Notes: generated by a model not told the origin, from the letters alone. A stretch of 64,000 bases of DNA from Chloroflexota bacterium (GCA_965208215.1 CBDBOH010000003.1:826129-890128); one strand, 5' to 3'. Shown: positions 18,264 through 27,765, counted from the first letter of the stretch. Numbers and translations are program-made.

Positions 18264-18931
18264 CCCCCGCCTCCACCCGGCGGGGCCGCCTGGGGTTGGC
18301 CCAGGCCGGCGTAGTTGCGTACAAAGTTGTAGACGCGGCCCTTGTCGTAGGAATCCAGACGCTCGATCCGGCCCCAGGCCGTCAGCGCAACGGCAGTCTC
18401 GGCGGGCAGGTTGGGGTCCGGCTGCACGATCACGTCATGCCCTTCAAACTCCGCGGCCAGCCGCCGCATCTCGGCCTCCAGTCCGGCGCTCTTGAAGTGG
18501 ACGATCACAAAACCGCGTGAGAGGTTCGCGACCTGGATCTCGTCGGCAAGGGTTTCGGACCGGTAGCCGTGCCCGGCCAACTGCGTCACGTGCGGACCAG
18601 AAGTGGGCGGGTCCGTGGCGTACGGCTCATGTGGATCGCTGATCGAATTCAGTATCGTCGCCGCCTGCTGGTCGGTTTCCTCGCCCGGGCCCGGCGGGCT
18701 GGCTTGATTCAGGCAGTACAGGTTCAGCGGGATGAATAGGGCCATCACCGCGATCATGTAGAGCCAAAACCCGCGGCCCAGCCCACCCTTCTGTTGATTG
18801 CGCTGCCCGCCCTTGCGCTGCTCGCGCTTGTCGGTTCTGCTGGTGCCCGACGTGCGGTCAGCGTTGCTGTTGGTGCTGGGCTTGCCGGCGCTCGCCTGAC
18901 GGCGGTTGCGGCGTCGACGGCGCGATGCCAT
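18260..18931 (-). CDS. DUF3105-like membrane-anchored protein with Arg-rich N-terminal tail
   Basis: N-terminal basic low complexity (MASRRRRRNRRQ...), one TM (FWLYMIAVMALFIPLNLYCL), then a conserved DPPTSGPH motif region that I associate with DUF3105. The family assignment is from memory. Confidence 0.5.
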   Translation of the reverse strand: MASRRRRRNRRQASAGKPSTNSNADRTSGTSRTDKREQRKGGQRNQQKGGLGRGFWLYMIAVMALFIPLNLYCLNQASPPGPGEETDQQAATILNSISDPHEPYATDPPTSGPHVTQLAGHGYRSETLADEIQVANLSRGFVIVHFKSAGLEAEMRRLAAEFEGHDVIVQPDPNLPAETAVALTAWGRIERLDSYDKGRVYNFVRNYAGLGQPQAAPPGGGGG

Positions 18932-19040
18932 ACGGAAGTACCTTCGGTCGGGATGCCGCGAGTATAGGGAAACGAGCCGCCCGTCTCGTTACTATTGCGC
19001 ATTCGCGCGTCCAGGGCCCTCGCCGCGTGACTCGTTTATC

Positions 19041-20879
19041 GTGCGTCTAGCGTCCGCTGGCGTTTGCGTAGGCCGCCGGGCCGTCCTGACGGCCGCGGCG
19101 CTCGGCCTTTCGGCCTTAGTCGCACGCCGCGCGGGCGCGTTGCCGAATCTTGGCGGCGTTACGGTGCGCCGCGCGACCTTCGACTCGGCGCTGGGCCACA
19201 ACATTGCCGATCTTGCCGTCCGTCTTGACGGTGTCCCGCGCGCGGCCTCGCTGCTGTCGTACTACGACGTTTCGGGCGGGCTGCGTCGCTGGGGTCACGC
19301 CGTCTCCGAGCCGCTGATCGAGAACGGCCTGCTGGTCCAATACTTCCAGCGCGGCGTGATGGAGTGGTCCGGCGAAGCCGTGGGAGGTTCGCCCTGGCCG
19401 CGACTGGTCTGGGACTTTATTGGCGGGGGCCTGGAAGGAAGCCCCGATCTCGGCTTTGAAGCCGGGACCACCAACCCGTTTGGGGGCACAGCCGTCGGTT
19501 CCTTCGGCCACACGGTCTCGAATCAGTCGGTCGAAGGCGACGACATCGGATTCCTGGACGCGTTTCTGGCGTTGGGCGGCGCGGCCGGACTCGGATTTCC
19601 GAAGACCGAAGCTCGTCGCGACACCGGCGAGCCCGGAACCGTCATCGATCCGTCGGCTGAACCGGGCGTCATTCGGCAGTACTTTCAGGCGGGCGTACTG
19701 GAATTCGCTCCCGGCCAGGTCAACTCGGTCCGTCTACGGCTCAGCGGCGATGAACTCCGCAATCGCGTCTACCCCGCTGGTCTGTGGACGCTGATTCGTA
19801 GCTTTCGGTCGGCCAGTCCCCTGCGCGTTGGCGATCGGATCGATCTGGAAGTGCTTGAACGCCGGGTGGGCGCGGTCGTCGAGGGTGCGCCGCAGCCGCC
19901 ACCCCGTTTCAGCATTGCGCCCGTGCTCGACACGGCCGACATCGGATTGCCGGTCGCGCTGGCCTTTAGTCCCGATGAGCGGCTCTTCATCTCAATGTCC
20001 AACAACCTGATCCTTATGCATGCCGGGGTTCCGGGCGCCGAGGCCCCGGTCGCCTTTGCCCAGGGTCTGGACCCGCTCGGCGTGGACGAGCCGCGTGGCG
20101 TCGCCTTCCTTGGCGACGCGGTGTACGCATCGGTGCGAAAGAAAATCATCCGCCTGCGCGACACCAGCGGGACGGGCGCCGCCGACGAGTCCGTGGATAT
20201 CGTGACCGGCCTGCCGGAGCGGGCGGAACTGCTTCACCGCAACAACGGCATCGTCGCCGGACCCGATGGTCTGCTCTACGTGGCCGTGGGAAGCACCAGC
20301 AACCTGGGCGAAGAGCCGGAGACCGAGCTTTCGGGCACGATCCTTCGCATCGCGCCGGACGGGTCGCGCGTCGAGGTGGTGGCGCGCGGCTTCAGAAACC
20401 CATTCGATCTGGCATTTGCCCCGGACGGGGAGCTGTTTTGCACGGACAATGCCCCGGATGTGCCGGTGCGTGCGGCTGATGACGCGCCGGACGAACTGAA
20501 CCACGTCATCGAGGGCCGCGACTACGGACACCCGGCATTCTGGGACGAGCTGCCGGAAGACTCATCCATCGTGGGTCCGGTCGCCGCGCTGCCGGCCCAC
20601 GCCGCTGCCACCGGCATCACCTTCTTCACCGGCCCGCAGGCGGGCGAATTTGAGGGCGACGCCCTGGTCGCAACCTGGGGGCCGGGGCTGGGCCGCAGTT
20701 CGTACACGCACAATGTTCTGCGCATAAGCTTGGAGCCGCAGGGAGAGACGTTTTCCGGCACGGTGCATCCCTTCGTGACGGGCCTCGATCGCCCCACGGA
20801 CGTCGTCATCGCACCCGACGGCGCCGTGGTCATTAGCGACCACGTTGGCAAGCTGATCTATCGGGTCACGCGTAGCTAG
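19041..20879 (+). CDS. secreted PQQ-dependent sugar dehydrogenase (glucose/sorbosone dehydrogenase, GSDH-like beta-propeller) with N-terminal LGFP-like repeat module
   Basis: The track ORF starts at TTG 18906 and would overlap the divergent DUF3105 gene. In-frame GTG 19041 gives a Tat-like signal VRLASAGVCVGRRAVLTAAALGLSALVARRAGA. The N-terminal region has LGFP-type repeats (...SGGLRRWGHAVSEPLIENGLLVQYFQRGVMEWSG...). The C-terminal 400 aa carry GSDH-like propeller blades (LAFSPDERLF, GPDGLLYVAVGSTSN, GFRNPFDLAFAPDGELFCTDNAPD, IEGRDYGHPAFWD). Confidence 0.7.
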   Translation: MRLASAGVCVGRRAVLTAAALGLSALVARRAGALPNLGGVTVRRATFDSALGHNIADLAVRLDGVPRAASLLSYYDVSGGLRRWGHAVSEPLIENGLLVQYFQRGVMEWSGEAVGGSPWPRLVWDFIGGGLEGSPDLGFEAGTTNPFGGTAVGSFGHTVSNQSVEGDDIGFLDAFLALGGAAGLGFPKTEARRDTGEPGTVIDPSAEPGVIRQYFQAGVLEFAPGQVNSVRLRLSGDELRNRVYPAGLWTLIRSFRSASPLRVGDRIDLEVLERRVGAVVEGAPQPPPRFSIAPVLDTADIGLPVALAFSPDERLFISMSNNLILMHAGVPGAEAPVAFAQGLDPLGVDEPRGVAFLGDAVYASVRKKIIRLRDTSGTGAADESVDIVTGLPERAELLHRNNGIVAGPDGLLYVAVGSTSNLGEEPETELSGTILRIAPDGSRVEVVARGFRNPFDLAFAPDGELFCTDNAPDVPVRAADDAPDELNHVIEGRDYGHPAFWDELPEDSSIVGPVAALPAHAAATGITFFTGPQAGEFEGDALVATWGPGLGRSSYTHNVLRISLEPQGETFSGTVHPFVTGLDRPTDVVIAPDGAVVISDHVGKLIYRVTRS

Positions 20880-20980
20880 ATCGTCGGACCAACCCGGCCC
20901 GGGCGGAAGGCCGACGGCACAGCCAGCGGACAAACGTGCCGGCGCAGGGTCGTCCGAGGCCGAGGCGATTGGACGTGGGG

Positions 20981-21297
20981 CTACGCGGTCGGCCGCCAGT
21001 TCAGTGCCCGCTCCAGGTTGGCCAGGTAATCGGCGAAGGCGCGGCGGCCCTCTGGTGTGGCCGTTAGCCACGTGCGGGGCTTGACGCCCTCGAATTCCTT
21101 GGAAATGACCAGGTAGCCGGCGTCCTCGAGCTTGCGCAGATGCGTGGTCAGGTTGCCGCCCGTGAGGCGGAGCGTTTCCTGAATGAACCCGTAGGCGACA
21201 CGGTCACTTGCGGGTTGGCCGACCAACATCGTCATGATCCGCAGCCGCGTGGTCTGGTGGATGGTCTCGTTGAGGACGATGGCCTCGTCGGTCAACG
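20981..21297 (-). CDS. small winged-helix transcriptional regulator (HTH_34-like), translationally coupled to the upstream membrane protein
   Basis: About 105 aa, LTDEAIVLNETIHQTTRLRIMTMLVGQPASDRVAYGFIQETLRLTGGNLTTHLRKLEDAGYLVISKEF, the wHTH pattern of HTH_34/PadR-like small regulators. The probable TTG start overlaps the upstream stop as TTGA. The track ORF is over-extended 5'. Confidence 0.6.
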
Positions 21298-21927
21298 GTT
21301 GTCGCTCCAGCGGATCCACGCCACGCCCAGCGCGACCACCAGCAGCGTTGCGGCTGCCGAAATCACCATCGCGGCATCGCCCGCGAAGTGGCTGGACAAG
21401 AAAAACGGCGTCGCAAAGCCCAGGCCCACGGCCACGAGCACCGGGCGGTGCATGATGCCGAACAGGATGTAGCCCAGGGCCACGATGCCAATGGAGACTC
21501 GCGCGATCGTGATCCCTTCGACATCGGCCGTCCAAAGGCCGGCCGCTGCGGGAAGGGCAAAGGCCGCGCCGGCGACCGTCAGCCAGAAGAAGAACACGCG
21601 GAGTCCAGCGCGCTGCGAGGCAGAGCCCGCAGCGTTTCTGGCGCTCGCGCGGTAACCAAAGATGGTGCTGCCGACCAGCCCGGCCGTTGTTAGCGCGCCC
21701 CACAGGGGCGCGGGAAACCACGGGTTTGCCAGAGCAAAGTCGGTCGAAAGCCTCGCGATGGCGTATTGGCCAAGCAGGCCCACGGCCACGAGGGCGCCCC
21801 ACAAGAGCAAGATCGTCTCCATGCCGGCGACGTACATGGAACTACGCGCCCGGTCCATGGTGTCGTGGATGGCGTTCCAGCTTTCGTCGGGTTGCAGGGG
21901 CGATGTCTCCTGTTCTGCGTTGTGCAT
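21292..21927 (-). CDS. polytopic membrane protein of unknown function (about six TM helices), first gene of a two-gene operon with the wHTH regulator
   Basis: 211 aa, hydrophobic segments throughout (ILLLWGALVAVGLLGQYAI, LWGALTTAGLVGSTIFGY, VFFFWLTVAGAAFALPAAAGLW, VSIGIVALGYILFGIM, VLVAVGLGFATPFFL, AMVISAAATLLVVALGVAWI). Confidence 0.6.
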   Translation of the reverse strand: MHNAEQETSPLQPDESWNAIHDTMDRARSSMYVAGMETILLLWGALVAVGLLGQYAIARLSTDFALANPWFPAPLWGALTTAGLVGSTIFGYRASARNAAGSASQRAGLRVFFFWLTVAGAAFALPAAAGLWTADVEGITIARVSIGIVALGYILFGIMHRPVLVAVGLGFATPFFLSSHFAGDAAMVISAAATLLVVALGVAWIRWSDNR

Positions 21928-21970
21928 GACGTTACTTCCGGTCGTGTTATGGCCGCGTCTCGGCTGTAAG

Positions 21971-21991
21971 GTTTGTAATGCAAACTAGTTT
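21971..21991. promoter_or_regulatory. overlapping AT-rich palindromes (GTTTG-TAATG-CAAAC and AAACTAGTTT), candidate operator of the wHTH regulator, 44-64 bp upstream of the membrane-protein start
   Basis: Seen directly in the rpsO / membrane-protein divergent intergenic region. It is the only AT-rich patch in that region. Confidence 0.45.
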
Positions 21992-22156
21992 ATTGGACTA
22001 AAGCCGGCGGCGCAACCCTGTCGTTCAGCGCATGTCGAAAATCAGGTTCGCCGGCTGGTGCCGTGCGTTACACTTGCGAAATCCGGGCGGCGCGTTGAAC
22101 GCCTCCCTTCCGCGATGCAGCGGCCCACGCCGGGCCGCCGAGATTGAATACCACGA

Positions 22157-22429
22157 ATGGCTGTTACTTCACCGAAGCGCGAACTCCTTGACGAGCTTCG
22201 CCTGAACCCTGACGACACCGGCTCGGCGCCGGTGCAGATCGCGCTGCTTAGCGCCCGAATTGAGGAGCTCACCGAACATCTCAAGCAGCACAAGAAAGAC
22301 AAGCACTCACGCTACGGACTGCTCAAGATGGTCGGCCGCCGGCGTCGGCTCCTTCGGTATCTCCAGGACCGAGATCCGGGGCGCTACCGGCAGGTGATCG
22401 ACAAGCTCCAGATTCGAGCGCGGCGCTAA
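22157..22429 (+). CDS. rpsO: 30S ribosomal protein S15
   Basis: 90 aa. ...[42 protein letters not shown]... is the canonical S15 sequence. It is followed by pnp, as in most bacteria. Confidence 0.95.
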   Translation: MAVTSPKRELLDELRLNPDDTGSAPVQIALLSARIEELTEHLKQHKKDKHSRYGLLKMVGRRRRLLRYLQDRDPGRYRQVIDKLQIRARR

Positions 22430-22494
22430 CGCGCGTGAATACCTGGCGATACGCGGCAAGCCACCTCAGACGCGGCGAGCCCGCACGGATTGAT

Positions 22495-22534
22495 GAGCGG
22501 TCCGCTCCGAAGCCGGACCGCTTCTCGTTGTTGT
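22495..22534 (+). terminator. rpsO terminator / pnp-leader stem-loop
   Basis: GAGCGGUCCG-cuccgaagc-CGGACCGCUU (10-bp GC-rich stem) followed by UCGUUGUUGU. It lies in the rpsO-pnp intergenic region, where E. coli has the rpsO terminator and the RNase III-processed pnp leader hairpin. Confidence 0.6.
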
Positions 22535-22656
22535 AAACCGCTTCGGATAAGTACGCCGGGGGGACCTGACGGAAGAGCCAAGAACCGAGGGCGCAACGCC
22601 GGTTGCGGGCTCGCTTCTTTGCTCTTCGTCCAGACTGCCGGCGAGGAGTGACCTGT

Positions 22657-24918
22657 ATGCATACCGTTGAGACCCAATTCGGGGGGCGCCGGCTCGCACT
22701 CGAGACCGGCCGCCTGGCCCAGCAGGCGGACGGCGCCGTGGTTGTGACCTACGGCGACGCCGTGATCCTCGGCACCGTGGTGATGTCGGACCGCCTGCGC
22801 GAGGGGATCGACTACTTTCCGCTCTCCGTGGACTACGAGGAGCGCAGCTATTCCATCGGCAAGATTCCGGGCAGCGTATTTCGGCGTGAAGGCCGGCCCC
22901 CGCTGGCCGGCATCCTGGCGTCCCGCCTCACCGACCGCCCGTTGCGGCCACTCTTCCCCGAGGGCATGCGCAACGAGGTCCAGATCATCCTGACCGTGCT
23001 GTCGCACGACCGCACGGCCGAAACCGACGTCATCGGCACCATCGCCGCCTCCGCGGCCCTGATGATTTCCGGCATCCCGTTCGAGGGTCCCGTCGGCGCG
23101 GTGCGTGTGGGCCTGCGCGACGGCGAGTTCACCCTCAACCCCACCATCGAGGAGAACGCCACCGGCGACCTCGACCTGGTGGTGTCCGGGACCCGCGACG
23201 GCGTGGTCATGCTCGAAGCCGGCGCTCGCGAGGTGGACGACGACACGATGATTCGCGCAATCGCCTGGGGCCAGGAGCAATTGCAGGCCGCCATTGACTT
23301 GCAACGAGAGCTCCGCGACCTGGTCAACCCCGCGCCGCGCGAGGTGAAGATCGAGAAGCTCGACGCTGAGATTCTGGAGGCCGTTGACGGTCGTTGCGGC
23401 GCCGCCATTGCCGAGGCTGCGCGAATCACCGACCGCGCCGCCCGCAGCGAAAAGCTCGGGTCGATCCAGGCCGAGGCCGCGGAGGCCTTTGCCGGCGAGC
23501 ACGAGGGGCGCGACATTGGTGAGGCCTTCCATGACCTGGAGAGCGCCTACACGCGCCGTGCCATCGTGGCTGAGGGTATCCGGCCGGACGGGCGCTCCGA
23601 CGACGCTCTCCGCGCCTTGTCCGCCGACGTGGGGATCCTGCCGCGGACACATGGCACCGGCCTGTTCGAGCGCGGTGAAACCCAGGTTCTCTCGATTGTG
23701 ACCCTGGGCACCCAGCGCGACGAGCAGAAGATCGGCCTCCGCGACCTTGAGGAACTGGCCCCGCCCAAGCGCTACATGCACCACTACAACATGCCGCCCT
23801 TCGCCTCAGGCGAGGCCGGGCGACTTGGCTCACCGCGCCGGCGCGAGATCGGGCATGGCGCGCTGGCCGAGCGCGCGTTGCTGCCGGTGGTGCCAGGCTA
23901 CGAGGACTTCCCCTACTCCGTGCGCGTGGTTTCGGAGGTCCTGTCCTCGAACGGCTCGACCTCCATGGCCTCCACCTGCGGCAGCACCCTGGCGCTGCTG
24001 GACGCCGGCGTGCCCATTAGCGCCCCGGTGGCGGGTATCTCGATGGGCCTGGTTACTTCGGACAATGGCGCGTTCAAGGTGCTGACCGACATCCAGGGCG
24101 CCGAGGACCACTTCGGCGACATGGACTTCAAGGTGGCGGGTACCGAGAAGGGCATCACCGCCATCCAGCTCGACATCAAGGTCAAGCACCTGACGCCCGA
24201 GATCGTGGAACTGGCCGTTCGGCGAGGGCGTGACGCCCGGATGAAGATCCTGGAAGTCATGGCCGGCGCTCTGTCCGAACCGCGCGCTGAGGTGGGCGAG
24301 TTTGCGCCCAAGATCATGCGCACGCAGATCAGCCCCGAGCACATCGGCACCGTCATCGGCCCGGGTGGGCGCATGATTCGCCAGTTGGAGGCCGACACCG
24401 GCGCATCCATCGACATCGAGGAAGACGGCACGATCATGGTCGGCTCGCCGTCGCGCGAGGGCGCAGAGCAGGCCATCCAGATGATTCGCGACATGACCGG
24501 CGAGATTGACGCCGGGCGCACGATGCTCGGCAAGGTCACGCGCATCTTCGGCTTCGGCGCCATGGTCGAGTTCCTGCCCGGCCGCGAGGGCCTGGTCCCG
24601 CGCCACGAGCTGGCCGAGGAACCCCCAGGGATGATCGAAGACGTGGTCAACGTCGGCGACGACATCATGGTCATGGTCATCGAGACCGACGACCAGGGCC
24701 GCGTCAACCTGTCGCGGCGGGCCGTCCTGATGGGACTCTCGCCGGAGGAGACGCTGGCTTCCGCCGCCCCCGCCCCGCGCGGCGGCGGACGTGGCGGTCC
24801 GCGTCGTGATGGCGGAGGCCGCGATGGTCGCGGTGGACGTGGTCGCTTTGACCGGAACGGCCGTGGCGGTCGCGGTGGCGGCGGTCGAGGTCCGCGGCGA
24901 GGGCGATACCGGGACTAG
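22657..24918 (+). CDS. pnp: polyribonucleotide nucleotidyltransferase (PNPase) with C-terminal RGG/Arg-Gly-rich tail
   Basis: ATG 22657 (MHTVETQFGGRRL...); the track ORF starts 54 nt earlier. Two RNase PH domains, KH (IGPGGRMIRQLEADTGASIDI) and S1 (GKVTRIFGFGAMVEF). A 50-aa C-terminal extension PRGGGRGGPRRDGGGRDGRGGRGRFDRNGRGGRGGGGRGPRRGRYRD is present. Confidence 0.95.
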   Translation: MHTVETQFGGRRLALETGRLAQQADGAVVVTYGDAVILGTVVMSDRLREGIDYFPLSVDYEERSYSIGKIPGSVFRREGRPPLAGILASRLTDRPLRPLFPEGMRNEVQIILTVLSHDRTAETDVIGTIAASAALMISGIPFEGPVGAVRVGLRDGEFTLNPTIEENATGDLDLVVSGTRDGVVMLEAGAREVDDDTMIRAIAWGQEQLQAAIDLQRELRDLVNPAPREVKIEKLDAEILEAVDGRCGAAIAEAARITDRAARSEKLGSIQAEAAEAFAGEHEGRDIGEAFHDLESAYTRRAIVAEGIRPDGRSDDALRALSADVGILPRTHGTGLFERGETQVLSIVTLGTQRDEQKIGLRDLEELAPPKRYMHHYNMPPFASGEAGRLGSPRRREIGHGALAERALLPVVPGYEDFPYSVRVVSEVLSSNGSTSMASTCGSTLALLDAGVPISAPVAGISMGLVTSDNGAFKVLTDIQGAEDHFGDMDFKVAGTEKGITAIQLDIKVKHLTPEIVELAVRRGRDARMKILEVMAGALSEPRAEVGEFAPKIMRTQISPEHIGTVIGPGGRMIRQLEADTGASIDIEEDGTIMVGSPSREGAEQAIQMIRDMTGEIDAGRTMLGKVTRIFGFGAMVEFLPGREGLVPRHELAEEPPGMIEDVVNVGDDIMVMVIETDDQGRVNLSRRAVLMGLSPEETLASAAPAPRGGGRGGPRRDGGGRDGRGGRGRFDRNGRGGRGGGGRGPRRGRYRD

Positions 24919-24930
24919 AGGAGCGCTGTA

Positions 24931-25722
24931 ATGGGTACGCCATTGCGAGTAGTCGTCTTCGGGGCCTCCGGCCGCGTGGGGCAGACCGTGGTGGACGCCG
25001 TCAAAGGCGCGCCCGACATGGAGTTGGCCGGCGGCGTTAACCGGATGCATCGGGACGTCGACTTCCCGTGGTTCACGGACGTGGCGACGGCCCTCCGGGA
25101 GACCCAGCCCGACGTCGCCGTTGACTTCACGGTTGCCGATGCGGCGGCGGAGAACGCCTTGATGGCCATTGCGGCCGGCGTGTCACCGGTTATAGGTACT
25201 ACGGGGATGTCCCCGGACCAGATCAAAGCGATCCGCGCCGCCGCTGAACGCGACGGAGTAGGCGCCTTCATCGCCCCTAACTTCGCCATCGGCGCGGTGC
25301 TGATGATGGCCATGGCGCAGTTGGCGGCGCCGCACCTGGATCATGTCGAGGTGATCGAGCTTCACCACGACCAGAAAATCGACGCGCCGTCCGGTACGGC
25401 CGCTCACACGGCCGAACTAATCGCCCAGGCCCGCGGCGGCCGGGCGGCCATCGACGCGCCCACCGAACGCTTCACGCTTTCCGGGGTGCGCGGCGGAGTG
25501 AACCATGGCGTGCGCGTGCACAGCGTGCGGCTGCCCGGATTCGTGGCCCACCAGGAGGTGATCTTCGGCGCGCTCGGTCAGACGCTTACCATTCGACATG
25601 ACTCCACAAGCCGTGATTCGTTTATGCCCGGCGTGTTGCTGGCAGCCCGCCGGGTGCGAGACTTGCCCGGCCTGGTCATAGGCCTTGAGCACCTGCTCTT
25701 TGAGGAAAGTGACGACGCATGA
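24931..25722 (+). CDS. dapB: 4-hydroxy-tetrahydrodipicolinate reductase
   Basis: N-terminal Rossmann VVVFGASGRVGQ and the DapB signature ELHHDQKIDAPSGTA. Confidence 0.9.
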   Translation: MGTPLRVVVFGASGRVGQTVVDAVKGAPDMELAGGVNRMHRDVDFPWFTDVATALRETQPDVAVDFTVADAAAENALMAIAAGVSPVIGTTGMSPDQIKAIRAAAERDGVGAFIAPNFAIGAVLMMAMAQLAAPHLDHVEVIELHHDQKIDAPSGTAAHTAELIAQARGGRAAIDAPTERFTLSGVRGGVNHGVRVHSVRLPGFVAHQEVIFGALGQTLTIRHDSTSRDSFMPGVLLAARRVRDLPGLVIGLEHLLFEESDDA

Positions 25723-26738
25723 GCCGCAGTTTTGGTATCGGGGTTGTTGGCGCCACCGGCGCCGTGGGCCGCGAATTCCTGAGCGTGATGGAGGAGCGCA
25801 ACTTCCCGGTTGGTGAGTTGCGCCTGTGGGCCTCGGAGCGCAGTCGCGGCAAGCAGATCGAATTCAACGGCGAGTCCCACACCGTCCAGGTGCTGGACGA
25901 CGACAGCGACTTTGCGGGCCTGGACTTCGTCCTGATCTCGGCGTCCGGCTCCATCAGCCGCGCCGTGGCGCCGCGGGTTGCCGCCGCTGGCGTCGTCGCG
26001 ATCGACGACAGTTCCGCCTTCCGCTACGACGACGACGTGCCGCTGGTGGTCCCCGAGGTCAACGCGGCGGACCTGCAGGAGCATAAGGGAATCGTGGCGA
26101 TTCCAAACTGCTCCACCACGCCCATCGTTCAGATCCTGGCTCCGCTGCATGAGCACAGCCCCGTGCGGCGCGTGATTGCCGACACCTACCAGTCGGTCTC
26201 GGGCGCGGGTGGAAGTGCCATGGGCGAACTGGCCGAGCAGAGCGCCGCCATGTCCAACGGCGCCGAGTTGGAGCCGGACGTGTTCCCGCATCCGATCGCG
26301 TCCAACCTCATTCCCTCCATCGACGATCCGCGCGACGACGGCTACTCAAAGGAGGAGTGGAAGGTCTCGGCCGAGACGCGCAAGATCATGCACATCCCCG
26401 ACTTGGCCGTGTCCGCGACCTGTGTTCGCGTGCCGGTGTTCCGGGCGCACTCGGCCGCCGTCCACGCCGAGTTCAGCGATCCGATCGACGCCGGTCTCGC
26501 CCGCTCGTTGCTGGAAGACATCCCCGGAGTCGAGATCGTTGACGATCTGGCTGCCGAGGTCTACCCGATGCCCATGACCGCCGAAGGCAACGACACCACC
26601 TGGGTCGGCCGCCTGCGGCAGGACATGTCGCACCCCAATGGCCTGGTCTTCTGGGTCGTCTCAGACAACCTGCGCAAGGGTGCAGCCACCAACTCCATCC
26701 AGATCGCCGAGTCGATGATCGAACAGGGGCTCGTCTGA
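25719..26738 (+). CDS. asd: aspartate-semialdehyde dehydrogenase
   Basis: IGVVGATGAVGREFL NAD(P) fold, active-site region AIPNCSTTPIVQILAPLH, 339 aa. It overlaps the dapB stop by 4 nt. Confidence 0.9.
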   Translation: MSRSFGIGVVGATGAVGREFLSVMEERNFPVGELRLWASERSRGKQIEFNGESHTVQVLDDDSDFAGLDFVLISASGSISRAVAPRVAAAGVVAIDDSSAFRYDDDVPLVVPEVNAADLQEHKGIVAIPNCSTTPIVQILAPLHEHSPVRRVIADTYQSVSGAGGSAMGELAEQSAAMSNGAELEPDVFPHPIASNLIPSIDDPRDDGYSKEEWKVSAETRKIMHIPDLAVSATCVRVPVFRAHSAAVHAEFSDPIDAGLARSLLEDIPGVEIVDDLAAEVYPMPMTAEGNDTTWVGRLRQDMSHPNGLVFWVVSDNLRKGAATNSIQIAESMIEQGLV

Positions 26739-26804
26739 GCCTCAGGCTTCCCTAGCGGCCAGTCACTGGCTGAGGGTCAGCGTCGTCCCGGCTAGGATGG
26801 CGTC

Positions 26805-27629
26805 ATGGGTGTGCTGAACTCGGTTCAGTTGTGGTGGCGCGCGGTCAAGCGCCCGGAGGATCGCCGTGTCGACTACCGCCAGGCCCAGCAGGCGCTGGTG
26901 CGCGCCGGCATGTCGCCCGAGGCCTCGCAGGAAGAGCTCGACGTTTATTTGGAGGAGATTCGCGCGGCCCGGACGCCCACGACTGATCTCCTGAAGGCCG
27001 GCTTCCTGGCGGGCATGGGGGTGCTGTTGGCGGCGCTGGCGATTTTCATCGTCATGATCGTCGCCACCGGTGTGGTTGAGTTGCTCATTGACCCGGAAGG
27101 CAAAGGCAGCCGGGCCGTGGCCGAACAGCAGATTCCGCGAGAGCGCGAAGGCCCGCCGGTTGGTACGCCCGGTAGCGTCATTGTTGCCGCCGGCCTGGTG
27201 ATTTCCGTCGTGTTCGGCGTGATGGGCGCCGGGCTGGCCTTGCTGGAGCGGGCGCGATTCGAGCGCCAGCGCGCGCCATATACGTTTGCCCACCGTCGAC
27301 GGGCCCGCCGTGTCAACACCCAGATCGAGATCCTGCTATGGATCGGCATGCTGGCGCCGCTGCTGCTGGCGCTGGCCCCGTACCTGCGCGAGTCGAGCGC
27401 GGTGCCCGTGCTCTTCCTGTTGACGCTGGGGCTTCTGCTCTTTCGCTCGCTGTGGCGTTCCGCCTTCCCCGACATCCTGAAGGCGCTCAGCCCATACAAC
27501 GCCGCCGGCCTGGCCTCGCAGATCCTCACCACCGAGGCCGTCGTCATCGAGCGCCAGGAAGAGCAGTTCTACGGCAAGGGCGTCTGGCGCCGCTGGCACC
27601 GCTACTTCAGCCGCCGGGTCAACTGGTAA
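26805..27629 (+). CDS. hypothetical 4-TM membrane protein
   Basis: Four clear hydrophobic helices and an N-terminal soluble 60 aa. No recognisable family. It is inserted between asd and dapA. Confidence 0.5.
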   Translation: MGVLNSVQLWWRAVKRPEDRRVDYRQAQQALVRAGMSPEASQEELDVYLEEIRAARTPTTDLLKAGFLAGMGVLLAALAIFIVMIVATGVVELLIDPEGKGSRAVAEQQIPREREGPPVGTPGSVIVAAGLVISVVFGVMGAGLALLERARFERQRAPYTFAHRRRARRVNTQIEILLWIGMLAPLLLALAPYLRESSAVPVLFLLTLGLLLFRSLWRSAFPDILKALSPYNAAGLASQILTTEAVVIERQEEQFYGKGVWRRWHRYFSRRVNW

Positions 27630-27765
27630 CAAGCCCTCCAAAGCACGGCGGTCTGCCGGTGAACTTGACGCGATTCGCGCGCCGTAGGTCGTCAGCGATC
27701 CGCAGGCCGCTAGGTGGTACTGTCGCGTATAGGTAGTTCGCGCACGGGAAAAACGACCTCTCGCC

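Noticed and set aside
20981-21802. 273-aa ORF read as a single protein
   Set aside because: Only the last about 105 aa form a coherent winged-helix regulator. The upstream part overlaps the membrane-protein gene (21292..21927) in another frame. A TTGA stop/start junction explains the coupling.
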